Below the pieces are notes generated by a model. That model had not been told where the DNA came from. It ran no database searches and saw only the letters and a list, made by a program, of their open reading frames with translations. A program made the position numbers and the translations under genes. A DNA stretch of 64,000 nucleotides from an uncultured Chthonomonadaceae bacterium (lineage in GTDB: Bacteria; Armatimonadota; Chthonomonadetes; Chthonomonadales; Chthonomonadaceae). Shown here piece by piece: positions 20,077 to 28,778 of this stretch (positions are counted from its first letter, which is position 1; each line of letters starts with the position of its first letter). The stretch spans positions 90,024 to 154,023 of the forward strand of contig CAWIEK010000057.1 of NCBI GenBank assembly GCA_963835065.1, read 5' to 3'.

Positions 20077-20868
20077 TCAGTCTTCCCCACCCTCTTCCAT
20101 GTCGTGAAGCAAACTTCCCTGCTGCCAGACGCCCTTTAGAGGCCGCTCTACGCCTGTTTTAGCAGGACAAACGTTCTTGTACGGGCAAGTCGTGCAACCG
20201 ATTCCCGGCGTAGGCTTCCATGCTTTTTCCTGTTGAATACTCGCACAGGTTGCGTCCACCCACTCTACCGTAGCCTTCAACGTAGCGCGATTCGCGGGAA
20301 AAACCTTTTCCTCTCCATGTCGCAGGTAGTATAGCCTCACGTCCGCCACAGGAAGCCCCAAACCGTGTTCCGCCAAGATTTGGTAAAAGCCCAATTGTCG
20401 CGGATTGAAACCTGTTTCGCCCTCCGGTAGCAATTTGTCCAATTTGTAATCAATAACGCTGTATCGGTTATCGTCGCGCAGGTCAATGCGATCCACAACA
20501 CCGCTGAGGTTGTAGGGGCCAAAAGACAGTCTAATCACTTGTTCATGGTGTGTGGGCAAACGTCTGAGACGGTTCTCGCGTTCCGCAAAGGCGCGTAGAA
20601 TAGTCTCGCTTTCACGATACGGTTGAGAATTACGTACATCCGGCGAACGCGGTAAATCGTAGACGTGCGCCAGGGCGTCGAGTAAACCCTGCTCCTCGAC
20701 CACGCCGTCTTTGCGCCCTCGGACGTAGTAACTGCGAATCGCGGCGTGAATACGCTTTTGGAACGTCAGAGACGTGATCGGAGGCCGGGGCAGGCGCTCG
20801 ATGTAGCCATACCGATATTTGAGCCGGCAGTCGCTGAAGGTTTTAAGTTTTGTATAGGACAAGTTCAT
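20077..20868 (-). CDS. PD-(D/E)XK RecB/AddB/Cas4-like nuclease with four Fe-S cysteines
   Basis: LSYTKL..FSDC.LKY, GVVDRID...VIDYK, QL.FY, CTTCPYKNVC. Confidence 0.88.
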   Translation of the reverse strand: MNLSYTKLKTFSDCRLKYRYGYIERLPRPPITSLTFQKRIHAAIRSYYVRGRKDGVVEEQGLLDALAHVYDLPRSPDVRNSQPYRESETILRAFAERENRLRRLPTHHEQVIRLSFGPYNLSGVVDRIDLRDDNRYSVIDYKLDKLLPEGETGFNPRQLGFYQILAEHGLGLPVADVRLYYLRHGEEKVFPANRATLKATVEWVDATCASIQQEKAWKPTPGIGCTTCPYKNVCPAKTGVERPLKGVWQQGSLLHDMEEGGED

Positions 20869-21019
20869 CAAAAATTAAAAAAACTTTGCACCATGCGAAA
20901 AAAAGAACACTTTCCACCTTCTAAAATGCCTGCGAAGTGTGAATATATCTGCAAATCAGCCAGGCGGCGGGACGGGGGAGAGTTAGAGCGGAGTTCCTAT
21001 CAACGAACAACCTGACAAC

Positions 21020-21171
21020 CTAACCCGGAAGGGAGGTGCAACAAACATGCCTGTACATACGCGGGCGCCGTAACTCTAATGAGGTCACGACGCCTCTGCT
21101 AAAAACTAGACACAATGAGGCGGAGTGCTGGAAGCGCTGCATTGCCAAAATTTCGACGATGCCTCTACATA
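21020..21171. repeat. Dispersed ~150-bp element, copy 2
   Basis: Inverted homolog of 4237-4390. Confidence 0.88.
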
Positions 21172-21261
21172 TTCTTTTATTTTCCATTTAGATGCGGTCG
21201 CCCTGAACGCAGGTTTTCCTGATGCGGAAGGACCTGCGCTCTATGCATTAAAAGGTAAAGA

Positions 21262-22680
21262 CTACGCTTTGGGCGCAACGCCTTTATAAGTCGGGTCCGC
21301 GAGGCCGGGGAGTTCGCCGTCGCTGTCTCCGAAATTGCTGACGGGAACGCCCATGCGAGTCGCCATGCCCCGGTATAGGTCGCACAGGGGCGTGTTTTTG
21401 CCGTATACCAGATGCCGCCCGGTTGCCAGCGTGCCGCCGCCCCGTCCGGCAAGCACCATCGGCAGGTTGTGCGGGTCGTGGGCGTTGCCGTCCTTCATGC
21501 CGCAGCCCAAAAGCACCATGCTGTTGGCAAGCAGGTTGCTGTCGCCTTCCCGTATCCCCTTCATCTTTTCCAGCATATAAGCGTACTGCTGCAAGTGCCA
21601 GATGTTGATGCGCTTGTATTCTTCCAGCTTGGCTTTGTCGTTGGAGTGGTGCGAAATCTCGTGGTGGCTGCCCGACACTCCCGGCAGAAACGAGAAGTTC
21701 TTGCCGCTCACTTCGTTGCCGAACATGAACGTCGCCACTCGGGTCGAGTCCGTCCAAAAGGCCAGCACCATCAGGTCCAGCATCAGGCGCACCTGTTCCG
21801 TATGGTCTATGCGCTCGTGCAGTTTGGCGGAGTCTTTGTAGTAGTCCTGTATGCGCAGGCCGAGTTTTTCCACTTCCGCTTTAGCAAGGGCGTCGTCGGA
21901 ATAGTGCGCCTTGCGCCGGGCGGCATCGAACGCGATCCGCTTTTCCACCGAGCGCACCGACTCGAAATACTCCTCTAATTTCAGCTTGTCCGCCTGCCCG
22001 ATTTTGCTGTTCAGGCTTTTGGCGTCGTCCATCACGGCGTCTAAGACGCTCATGTCGTTTTGGTTGGCCGGTTTCGCGCTCATCGTGGAGCGGAACAGGC
22101 GGTCAAACGCAAGCTGCGGGTTGATTTCGCGCGTCACGGGCGTGGTCGGCGTACTCCACGAGATATGCGAGCCGTACAAAGCGGTCAGGCCGACGTTGGT
22201 ATCCACATACGTTGTCGGCGGCTCCACGCTCAGTTCCAGCGAGGGCAGGGGCGTCAGGTTGCCGATGTGCTGCGCGACCAGTTGATCCAGGGAGACGCCG
22301 CCGCAGCGCAGATTGCTGCCGGTTGTCTTCGTGATGTGCGTACCCGTCAGCCAGGGCGCGACCTTGAAATAGTGCCCGTCGCCGTCGTTGCTCTGCTTGT
22401 TCATCAATTCGGTGAACACCAGCACGTCGGACTTGACGCTTTCCAATGGCGACAAAATGGACGAGAGTTGAAAATCCGCGCCCGCTCCCTGCGGCATCCA
22501 CTCATGCGGATTGACGCCATTCGGCATGTACAGCGCGGCCATGCGAACGGGCGGCTTGACGATTTTGCCGGCTGCAAACGCCGTTCCCGCCTGCATAGAC
22601 TCCAGAAACGGCAGGCACAGCGTCACGCCCAATCCCTTCAGCACAGTGCGGCGCGTCATCGGTTCAGAAAATCGGCTCAT
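21262..22680 (-). CDS. DUF1552 family Tat-exported protein
   Basis: TRRTVLKGLG..LPFLESM, YMPNG, SLDQ..A, SHHEISHH, DGNAH...NLP..LAG. Confidence 0.9.
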   Translation of the reverse strand: MSRFSEPMTRRTVLKGLGVTLCLPFLESMQAGTAFAAGKIVKPPVRMAALYMPNGVNPHEWMPQGAGADFQLSSILSPLESVKSDVLVFTELMNKQSNDGDGHYFKVAPWLTGTHITKTTGSNLRCGGVSLDQLVAQHIGNLTPLPSLELSVEPPTTYVDTNVGLTALYGSHISWSTPTTPVTREINPQLAFDRLFRSTMSAKPANQNDMSVLDAVMDDAKSLNSKIGQADKLKLEEYFESVRSVEKRIAFDAARRKAHYSDDALAKAEVEKLGLRIQDYYKDSAKLHERIDHTEQVRLMLDLMVLAFWTDSTRVATFMFGNEVSGKNFSFLPGVSGSHHEISHHSNDKAKLEEYKRINIWHLQQYAYMLEKMKGIREGDSNLLANSMVLLGCGMKDGNAHDPHNLPMVLAGRGGGTLATGRHLVYGKNTPLCDLYRGMATRMGVPVSNFGDSDGELPGLADPTYKGVAPKA

Positions 22681-24698
22681 TATCTCTCCTGGTTCGTCAC
22701 AACGTCTTTTTTCGATTCGGCAGTCTCGTCCTTGCGGTACAGGAACGGGTAGCTTTTCACAATGCCGCGAATCAGTATGGAACTGCGGTAATCGTTCTTC
22801 GCCAGTTCACTCGTGATTTTGCGGACGGCGGGCAGGTCGTAGGGTTCCAGGCCCCGGCCCAGCGCGTACGCCAGCATCTTTTCGGTCAGGTTGCGGGCAA
22901 ACTCATCCTTTTGCGCCATAAGAATTTGCTTGAGTTCAACGGCTCCCGTAAACTTTTCGCCCGTTGTCAGAACGCCGGACGCATCTACGGGTTTGCCGCC
23001 GATGTCCGCGCGCCATTTGCCCGTCGCGTCGAAGTTTTCCAGCCCGAAGCCGATGGGGTCCATGCGGGCGTGGCAGCCGGCGCATTCCGGCTTGGTACGG
23101 TGCTGCTCCAAACGCTGCCGGAACGTGATCCCGCCTTTGGGCGCATCGTCGGGCGGCAGGGTGGCGACAACGGGCGGCGGGGGCGGAACCGACGCGCCCA
23201 GCACTTCCGACAGCACCCACTTGCCGCGCAAAACCGGGCTTGTGCGCAGGGGGTACGAGGTCAGGGTTAAGATACTCGCCTGCGTCAAAATGCCGCCGCG
23301 CCGATGATCGGCAAGCGATATGCGGCGCATCCCCATACCGGTCACGCCGTCAATGCCGTAGTGCTTGGCAAGCGGTTCGTTGACATAGGTGTAATCGGCG
23401 TCCAGCAGGCGCAGCAGGCTGGCATCATCCTGCACGACGGACTGAAAGAAATCAATGGTTTCGCCGTACATAGCGTCGCGCAGTTCGGGCGTGTAATCAG
23501 GAAAGCGTTTCGGGTCGGGCTTGGCGGACGTGTACAAATCGCGCGCCCGCAGCCATTGCCCCGCAAACCCGTCCGCAAACGCATGGGCTTTTGGACTTTT
23601 CAGCATCCGCGCGACCTGCTGATCCAGCACGACAGGCAGATGCAGCTTCTTTTGCGCGGCAAGCGCGAACAACTCCTCATCCGGCATGGACGACCACAAA
23701 AAGTACGACAGGCGATTAGCGATCTCATAATCGTTGAGCGGGTAGGCGTCCTGCGCGGGCTTGCTTTGCTCGGCGCGAAACAGGAAATTGGGCGACACCA
23801 GAACGGCTTTCAGCGCGAACTTCACGGACGGCTGAAAACCCTCGCCCCGTTTTGCCGCCGCATCGTACAAGTGAAGCAAGCGCTCCACTTCCATTGCATC
23901 AGCGGGGCGGCGATAGCCCAGCGTGGCGTAGCGGGACAGGATTTTACGCGCGGCTTCGCGGGCGGGAACGGTTTTGCCGGGACGGACAAAGAACAAGCGC
24001 TCCGGTTTCGCCGCGTCCACAATCTCGCCCGCCGCCTGCAAATAGCGCTCCATTAAAATCGGCGGCACGAACAGCGTATCGGCGTTGTTGTCGAAACCGC
24101 CGCCCCCGCCGCCATCGGCAGGAAAATTATCGGCGGGATTGGAGGAAACGCCGAACAAATCACGAACCGTATTGTTGTATTCCACGCGGCTCAGGCGGTG
24201 CAGCAACACGCGCCCCGGATTTTTTGGCAGCAAACTGTCATCCGTACTGGCAAGCGTATGCCCAATCCAGATGGAAAGTAAATCGCGTTGCTCCATTGAG
24301 GGCTGCGGCAGGCGGGCAGGCGGCATTGAGCGTCCGCGCACCTGCGCCAGAACCTTGCGCCACGTCGTCTGGTCGCGCTGAATCGCCGCAACATCGGCAT
24401 AGCCCGCGAGATTGACGCCCGCCGCCGGATTTGTCGCGCCGTGACAGCCAATACAATACTGCTGTAACAGCGGCTTGATCTGCTTGTCATACGCGGCCGT
24501 ATCGGCAGGGGGTGTTTGCGCGATTTTGGGTTCGTCCGCGCCCCGCGCCAACGTCGCGCCCAACAGCAGGGCGGGCAAAGTAAGCGATAACGCGAAACGC
24601 AGCAGTGTGGGACGGTGTAGGTGACGCTGTATATTAAGGATAGCAGGATGGTTCAAATTCAAAAATTTCTCTCGCAAAGGACGCTGAAATACGCGCAA
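22680..24698 (-). CDS. DUF1592/DUF1588/DUF1585-type cytochrome c domain protein (start uncertain)
   Basis: CIGCH and CAGCH heme motifs, RLSRVEYNNT, RLSYFLWSSMPD, TSPVLRGKW, DPIGFGLENFD. Confidence 0.9.
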   Translation of the reverse strand: MRVFQRPLREKFLNLNHPAILNIQRHLHRPTLLRFALSLTLPALLLGATLARGADEPKIAQTPPADTAAYDKQIKPLLQQYCIGCHGATNPAAGVNLAGYADVAAIQRDQTTWRKVLAQVRGRSMPPARLPQPSMEQRDLLSIWIGHTLASTDDSLLPKNPGRVLLHRLSRVEYNNTVRDLFGVSSNPADNFPADGGGGGGFDNNADTLFVPPILMERYLQAAGEIVDAAKPERLFFVRPGKTVPAREAARKILSRYATLGYRRPADAMEVERLLHLYDAAAKRGEGFQPSVKFALKAVLVSPNFLFRAEQSKPAQDAYPLNDYEIANRLSYFLWSSMPDEELFALAAQKKLHLPVVLDQQVARMLKSPKAHAFADGFAGQWLRARDLYTSAKPDPKRFPDYTPELRDAMYGETIDFFQSVVQDDASLLRLLDADYTYVNEPLAKHYGIDGVTGMGMRRISLADHRRGGILTQASILTLTSYPLRTSPVLRGKWVLSEVLGASVPPPPPVVATLPPDDAPKGGITFRQRLEQHRTKPECAGCHARMDPIGFGLENFDATGKWRADIGGKPVDASGVLTTGEKFTGAVELKQILMAQKDEFARNLTEKMLAYALGRGLEPYDLPAVRKITSELAKNDYRSSILIRGIVKSYPFLYRKDETAESKKDVVTNQER

Positions 24699-24886
24699 AC
24701 TCTTCTTTTATAATACAACATTCGGGCGAAGGCTGCACGATTTGTTGGAGCGCCGTACGCGGCATTGGTTACAAGTTTGTGCAGGAGAGGCGTTTTTGAA
24801 CATAGCCGCGAATGAACGCGAATACAGCGAATAGAGAATAAAAGAATGACAATTCTTGATGTTCAGGAGGCGGACAAGGAGAATCT

Positions 24887-26059
24887 ATGCGACAGAGCAG
24901 GCATTATTACATCATGGCGGCGGCAGCGATAATGGCCTTTTTAACAGGCTGTTCCGGCTTGCTGCGCCCTTCGGGCACAGGTAACAGCGGCACAGATACC
25001 GGCGGCGATCAGTACGCGGCAACGCCAGCGCTTGCTGTCCATTCGGCGACTCCGCGCACTGCCGCGCCGCGCCGAACGATTGGCGCGGGCGCGGAAAAAT
25101 TGATGCCCCGGCAGCCGATACCAAAGCGCGTCCTTGCCCTGTATTATCCCTGGTATCAAACGCCGGACCGCAGCATGAAGTGGGCGCACCAGGAGGGCGT
25201 TGACGTTCGCCATAAGCGTATTCTCAGCCACGCGCATTATCCCACCTCAGGCCCGTATGACAGCAGCGATCCCGCCCTCATTGACCGGCATCTCGCGCAG
25301 GCGCAGGCGGCGGGAATTGATACGCTGGTATGCAGTTGGTGGGGCGCGGGCGATCCGACAGACGAGGCCATACGGGTTTTACTCAAGCGCGCTTCCAAAT
25401 ACCACATCAAAATTTGCGTTTTGTGGGAACAATATGCGGGCGCGGGCGGGGCGGACGAACTGCGGCGCAATTTAACCTATCTGCTGCAAGGCATGGCCCG
25501 TTCGTCGGCTTATCTTAAAGCAGACAATCGGCCCGTGATTTTCGTGTACGAGCGTGTGCGGCAAAGCGCCAATTACGATACGTGGATAGAGGTTCTGAAT
25601 GAGATTACGACCCGGTATCCACCGGGCGTCTTCATCGTGGGCGATGGACGGACGGCAGACGAGCGCCTGATGTGGGACGGCCAGTACAGCCTTCACGCGC
25701 CCGGTCGCATGGTGGGACAAACGCCCGAAGCCAACGCCAAAACGCAGCATCGGGAACGGCTTGCCGACCTGACGGAATCGCGCCGCCAAAACCATCTTGG
25801 CGTTGCCAGCCTGATGCCCGGCTACGACGACCGACGGTACAACGCGCTGCACCGTCAGCCGGGCAGCATCCTCGTCAACCGCGAAGACGGCCAATTGTAC
25901 GCCGCGCTGTGGAAACAGGCCATAGCCGACAAGCCGGACTGGATTTTAATCAACTCGTTCAATCAGTGGCATGCCGGCAACGAAATCGAACCCTCAGTAG
26001 AAATGGGCGACCGGTATTTGAAAATGACGCGCGCGTTCGCCGACAAATTTAAGCAATAG
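24887..26059 (+). CDS. Glycoside hydrolase family 99/71-like lipoprotein
   Basis: FLTGC lipobox. ALYYPWY, GPYDSSDP, AGID...SWWG, PGYDD, LINSFNQWHAGNEIEP. Confidence 0.8.
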   Translation: MRQSRHYYIMAAAAIMAFLTGCSGLLRPSGTGNSGTDTGGDQYAATPALAVHSATPRTAAPRRTIGAGAEKLMPRQPIPKRVLALYYPWYQTPDRSMKWAHQEGVDVRHKRILSHAHYPTSGPYDSSDPALIDRHLAQAQAAGIDTLVCSWWGAGDPTDEAIRVLLKRASKYHIKICVLWEQYAGAGGADELRRNLTYLLQGMARSSAYLKADNRPVIFVYERVRQSANYDTWIEVLNEITTRYPPGVFIVGDGRTADERLMWDGQYSLHAPGRMVGQTPEANAKTQHRERLADLTESRRQNHLGVASLMPGYDDRRYNALHRQPGSILVNREDGQLYAALWKQAIADKPDWILINSFNQWHAGNEIEPSVEMGDRYLKMTRAFADKFKQ

Positions 26060-26067
26060 GCCACGAA

Positions 26068-26640
26068 CTACTTTTTCGGGATCGCGGTTTTCAGGGTCGG
26101 CGTGACATCCTTGCCGTCCACGCGCAGGGTTGCGCCCGGCATATCCTCGTTTTTTTGGACCAGCCATTTGCCGCCGGTTTTCACCCACGTATGGCGCGAA
26201 GGCACAGACGCTTCGATGTGATGCGACTGGCCTTTGGAACCGGGTTTGTCTCCCGGCCCGACCGCCGTGAAATCCAGTTTTTCCATATCTTCCGTGACGG
26301 CTTTGTCGCCCATCACCTTACAATTCATAATGCTGGCGGATACAGTGTTCATCGAAGCAATCACGCTGAAATTTTGCTTCAAGAGCGCTGTGTACTCGGC
26401 GCGGTTATGTATTTTGCCGGAAATCTCCTGCGTCGTGTAATCCGGCGTAAAGTTGCGCAGCACCCCCTCGGCATCTTTCTTCTTGAGCGCCGCGCTGATC
26501 GTGTCTATTTGCGCTTGAAGCTGCTTTCTTACGTCGGCTTCACTGGCGTGGGCAACGGAGGAAGCGGCAAGCAGCGTTCCCACAGGAACCACAACCCCCA
26601 TCAAGGCGGCAAACGCGCGATTGTATCGAACCCGGCGCAT
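26068..26640 (-). CDS. Secreted NTF2-like (DUF4440-like) protein
   Basis: Signal peptide. A.KKKD...L....TPDY and HTWVKTGGKWLV. Confidence 0.72.
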   Translation of the reverse strand: MRRVRYNRAFAALMGVVVPVGTLLAASSVAHASEADVRKQLQAQIDTISAALKKKDAEGVLRNFTPDYTTQEISGKIHNRAEYTALLKQNFSVIASMNTVSASIMNCKVMGDKAVTEDMEKLDFTAVGPGDKPGSKGQSHHIEASVPSRHTWVKTGGKWLVQKNEDMPGATLRVDGKDVTPTLKTAIPKK

Positions 26641-26790
26641 AAATCTATCTCCTTCAGCAGCAGTGACCATTTTAGATTTTATTGTACCCCGTTGCCTGCG
26701 TAAGAACAGGCATCAGGCATTAGATACGAGACAGAAAGCAGAAGAGACTTGTACTTGGTTCCTAATGCCTGATGCCTGGATGCCTGATGC

Positions 26791-27075
26791 CTACTTATGT
26801 CCCGTGCGCGGCAGGCGTTTTTCCACTGAAGCGCCGGGACGCGAGTTGGAATTGGCGCGATTATTGAAGTGGTTCTGCGCGGAATTAACTCCTGTCGGCC
26901 CACCTTTTTTGCCTTTGGCCTGTGCCCGCCGCTGTTCTCGGTTCAGGGGAGGCGTGGAAACGGGCGGGGCGTTTTGACTGTCGGAAGCAGCGGGCTGCGT
27001 TTGTTGTTCGGATGTTTCGGTTTGTTCTGCGGAGTCGGCTGCGTTTTGCGCGGACTGTGAATCTTCGGCTGCCAT
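26791..27075 (-). CDS. Hypothetical disordered protein (acidic N-terminus, basic C-terminus)
   Basis: AAGGAGG RBS. NREQRRAQ and PRTGHK motifs. Confidence 0.65.
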   Translation of the reverse strand: MAAEDSQSAQNAADSAEQTETSEQQTQPAASDSQNAPPVSTPPLNREQRRAQAKGKKGGPTGVNSAQNHFNNRANSNSRPGASVEKRLPRTGHK

Positions 27076-27457
27076 AAAAGTTCCTCCTTGCGCGCGAGGA
27101 ATGTTGCGCGGCTACTTGCATTATAGCGCAAAATCCTCACTTTGCTCAATTCAAGGAAGCATGACTGGTAATTTGTCGGCTCTGGCGCTGTGAAGAAATT
27201 TGACCGGCGAAGCGTATGTGATTGCGCATGGAAGTTGTACCCAACCTCTGACAAGTATGCTTGTTTTCGCATAATGCCGGGCGTTTGCTCCAAATCGCGT
27301 GTTATACTGTTTCTCGGTACGCAAATTGTACGCTCGGCAGAATTGCGAGGCGCTTCTGCTGCGGAAATGGCGCTGCCCGAATCACTTTTCTGCACTTACG
27401 CAGCTTCTCTCGGGGAAGACAATCAAAAGGACTTTGCAGTTGAAAAGGCTATTGGAA

Positions 27458-28561
27458 TTGAATAGGAAGACGAAACTGTTTCCCGCCGCGCTGCTGGCGC
27501 TTGTCGGCGGGTCCGCGTCCGCGCAAACTTCGCTTGGCACAGCCGATGCGTTCAACGTGTTTACTTTTGGGAACGCTACCGTGAACGCGGGCGAAGCCGA
27601 AGGCGGCATCGCAGTCGGCGGCACGTTCAACCTCACCGGTTACAATACCAACATCGGACACGGCGGCGCTAAAGTCGGCGGGTCTATCAGCGGCCTGAAA
27701 AAGACGGATAACTCGCTCGGTACGCAAAGCAACATCGCTATTTACGTGGGCAACAACCTTGTCGTTTCCAACTCGCCCAGCGCCAACAATGGCGGCGACG
27801 TGTACGTGTTCAATACAATCACGCCCCCAGACAACGTCAACCAGCACCCCATCAACCTTAACGGCGGCGGGCATATCTATACCGGCAGTCCCGCCGTCTA
27901 CCCGACTGGCTACAATTACGCCGTTGACACCAACGTCTTCACCAATCAACAGACGTTTTCGCTGAACCAGGCAGCCACGCTTAAAACAGAATCGGCGGCG
28001 GGGCACGGCACGATCTTCATGCAGGATCAGAACAACTGGTATATTGATACGGCCACGCAGACAGGGCTGACGACAAGCACGGGCAAGCTGAAGTTTTTTG
28101 AGGTCAGCGCGGCGGCGCTGGCAACGGCTAACGGAACCAACATCCACGTGCAAAACCTGAGCGCCAACGATACGCTTGTCATCAATGTGACCGGCGCAAC
28201 CCTTTCCAAAACGTTCTTTTCGCTGGTCAATGACAGCGCCAACAGCAATTATGCCAACATCCTGTGGAACTTCGCGGATGCGACGGAAATTGACATCAAC
28301 AACCGCGCTTTCGAGGGTTCCCTGCTCGCGCCCAATGCGTTTGTGGATCAGAACCAGCTTTTTGAAGGCAACCTCATTGCCAATACGCTGACGGGACACG
28401 GCTTCGAGGATCATTTCGGCGCGGGGCTGCAATTCACCGGCAACCTGACTGTTCTGGGCAATCCCAATACTCCCAATGTGCCGGAACCCGGCGCGCTGGC
28501 GCTCCTGACAGGCATGGGATTGTCGGGCGCAGGCGTTCTTTTCCGGCGCAGGCGCCGGTAA
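27458..28561 (+). CDS. Choice-of-anchor A domain PEP-CTERM surface protein (start approximate)
   Basis: FNVFTFG..EGGIAVGG, VINVTG, ILWNFADA, GSLLAPNA, VPEPG-TM-RRRRR. Confidence 0.88.
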   Translation: MNRKTKLFPAALLALVGGSASAQTSLGTADAFNVFTFGNATVNAGEAEGGIAVGGTFNLTGYNTNIGHGGAKVGGSISGLKKTDNSLGTQSNIAIYVGNNLVVSNSPSANNGGDVYVFNTITPPDNVNQHPINLNGGGHIYTGSPAVYPTGYNYAVDTNVFTNQQTFSLNQAATLKTESAAGHGTIFMQDQNNWYIDTATQTGLTTSTGKLKFFEVSAAALATANGTNIHVQNLSANDTLVINVTGATLSKTFFSLVNDSANSNYANILWNFADATEIDINNRAFEGSLLAPNAFVDQNQLFEGNLIANTLTGHGFEDHFGAGLQFTGNLTVLGNPNTPNVPEPGALALLTGMGLSGAGVLFRRRRR

Positions 28562-28581
28562 TCCCTGCCTCGTGGCAAACA

Positions 28582-28651
28582 CGAGAAAAGCCTTCCGGGT
28601 TCCTTTCGACTTCCTCATTCCTGTCGAAAGGAACCCGGAAGGCTTTTCTCG
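28582..28651. terminator. Perfect 29-bp-stem hairpin
   Basis: cgagaaaagccttccgggttcctttcgac / gtcgaaaggaacccggaaggcttttctcg. Confidence 0.75.
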
Positions 28652-28725
28652 CATGTCACATTGGCGGCGAGCGCGGGTTGCGGCAGGAAAATGCGTTGCG
28701 AGAAGGGAAGTAGCCGCAGATGGAC
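28616..28725 (+). repeat. Direct repeat, left copy (46-bp perfect core 28680-28725)
   Basis: Core identical to 32809-32854. Diverged homology extends ~65 bp upstream. Confidence 0.92.
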
Positions 28726-28778
28726 GGGAACGCCAACAGGCTTAACATAGAATTATTTCACGGAAAGTAGGGCGGTGT

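Noticed and set aside
20077..20868. Cas4 indicating a CRISPR system
   Set aside because: No cas1/cas2 or repeat-spacer array in the window; solo PD-(D/E)XK nucleases are common.
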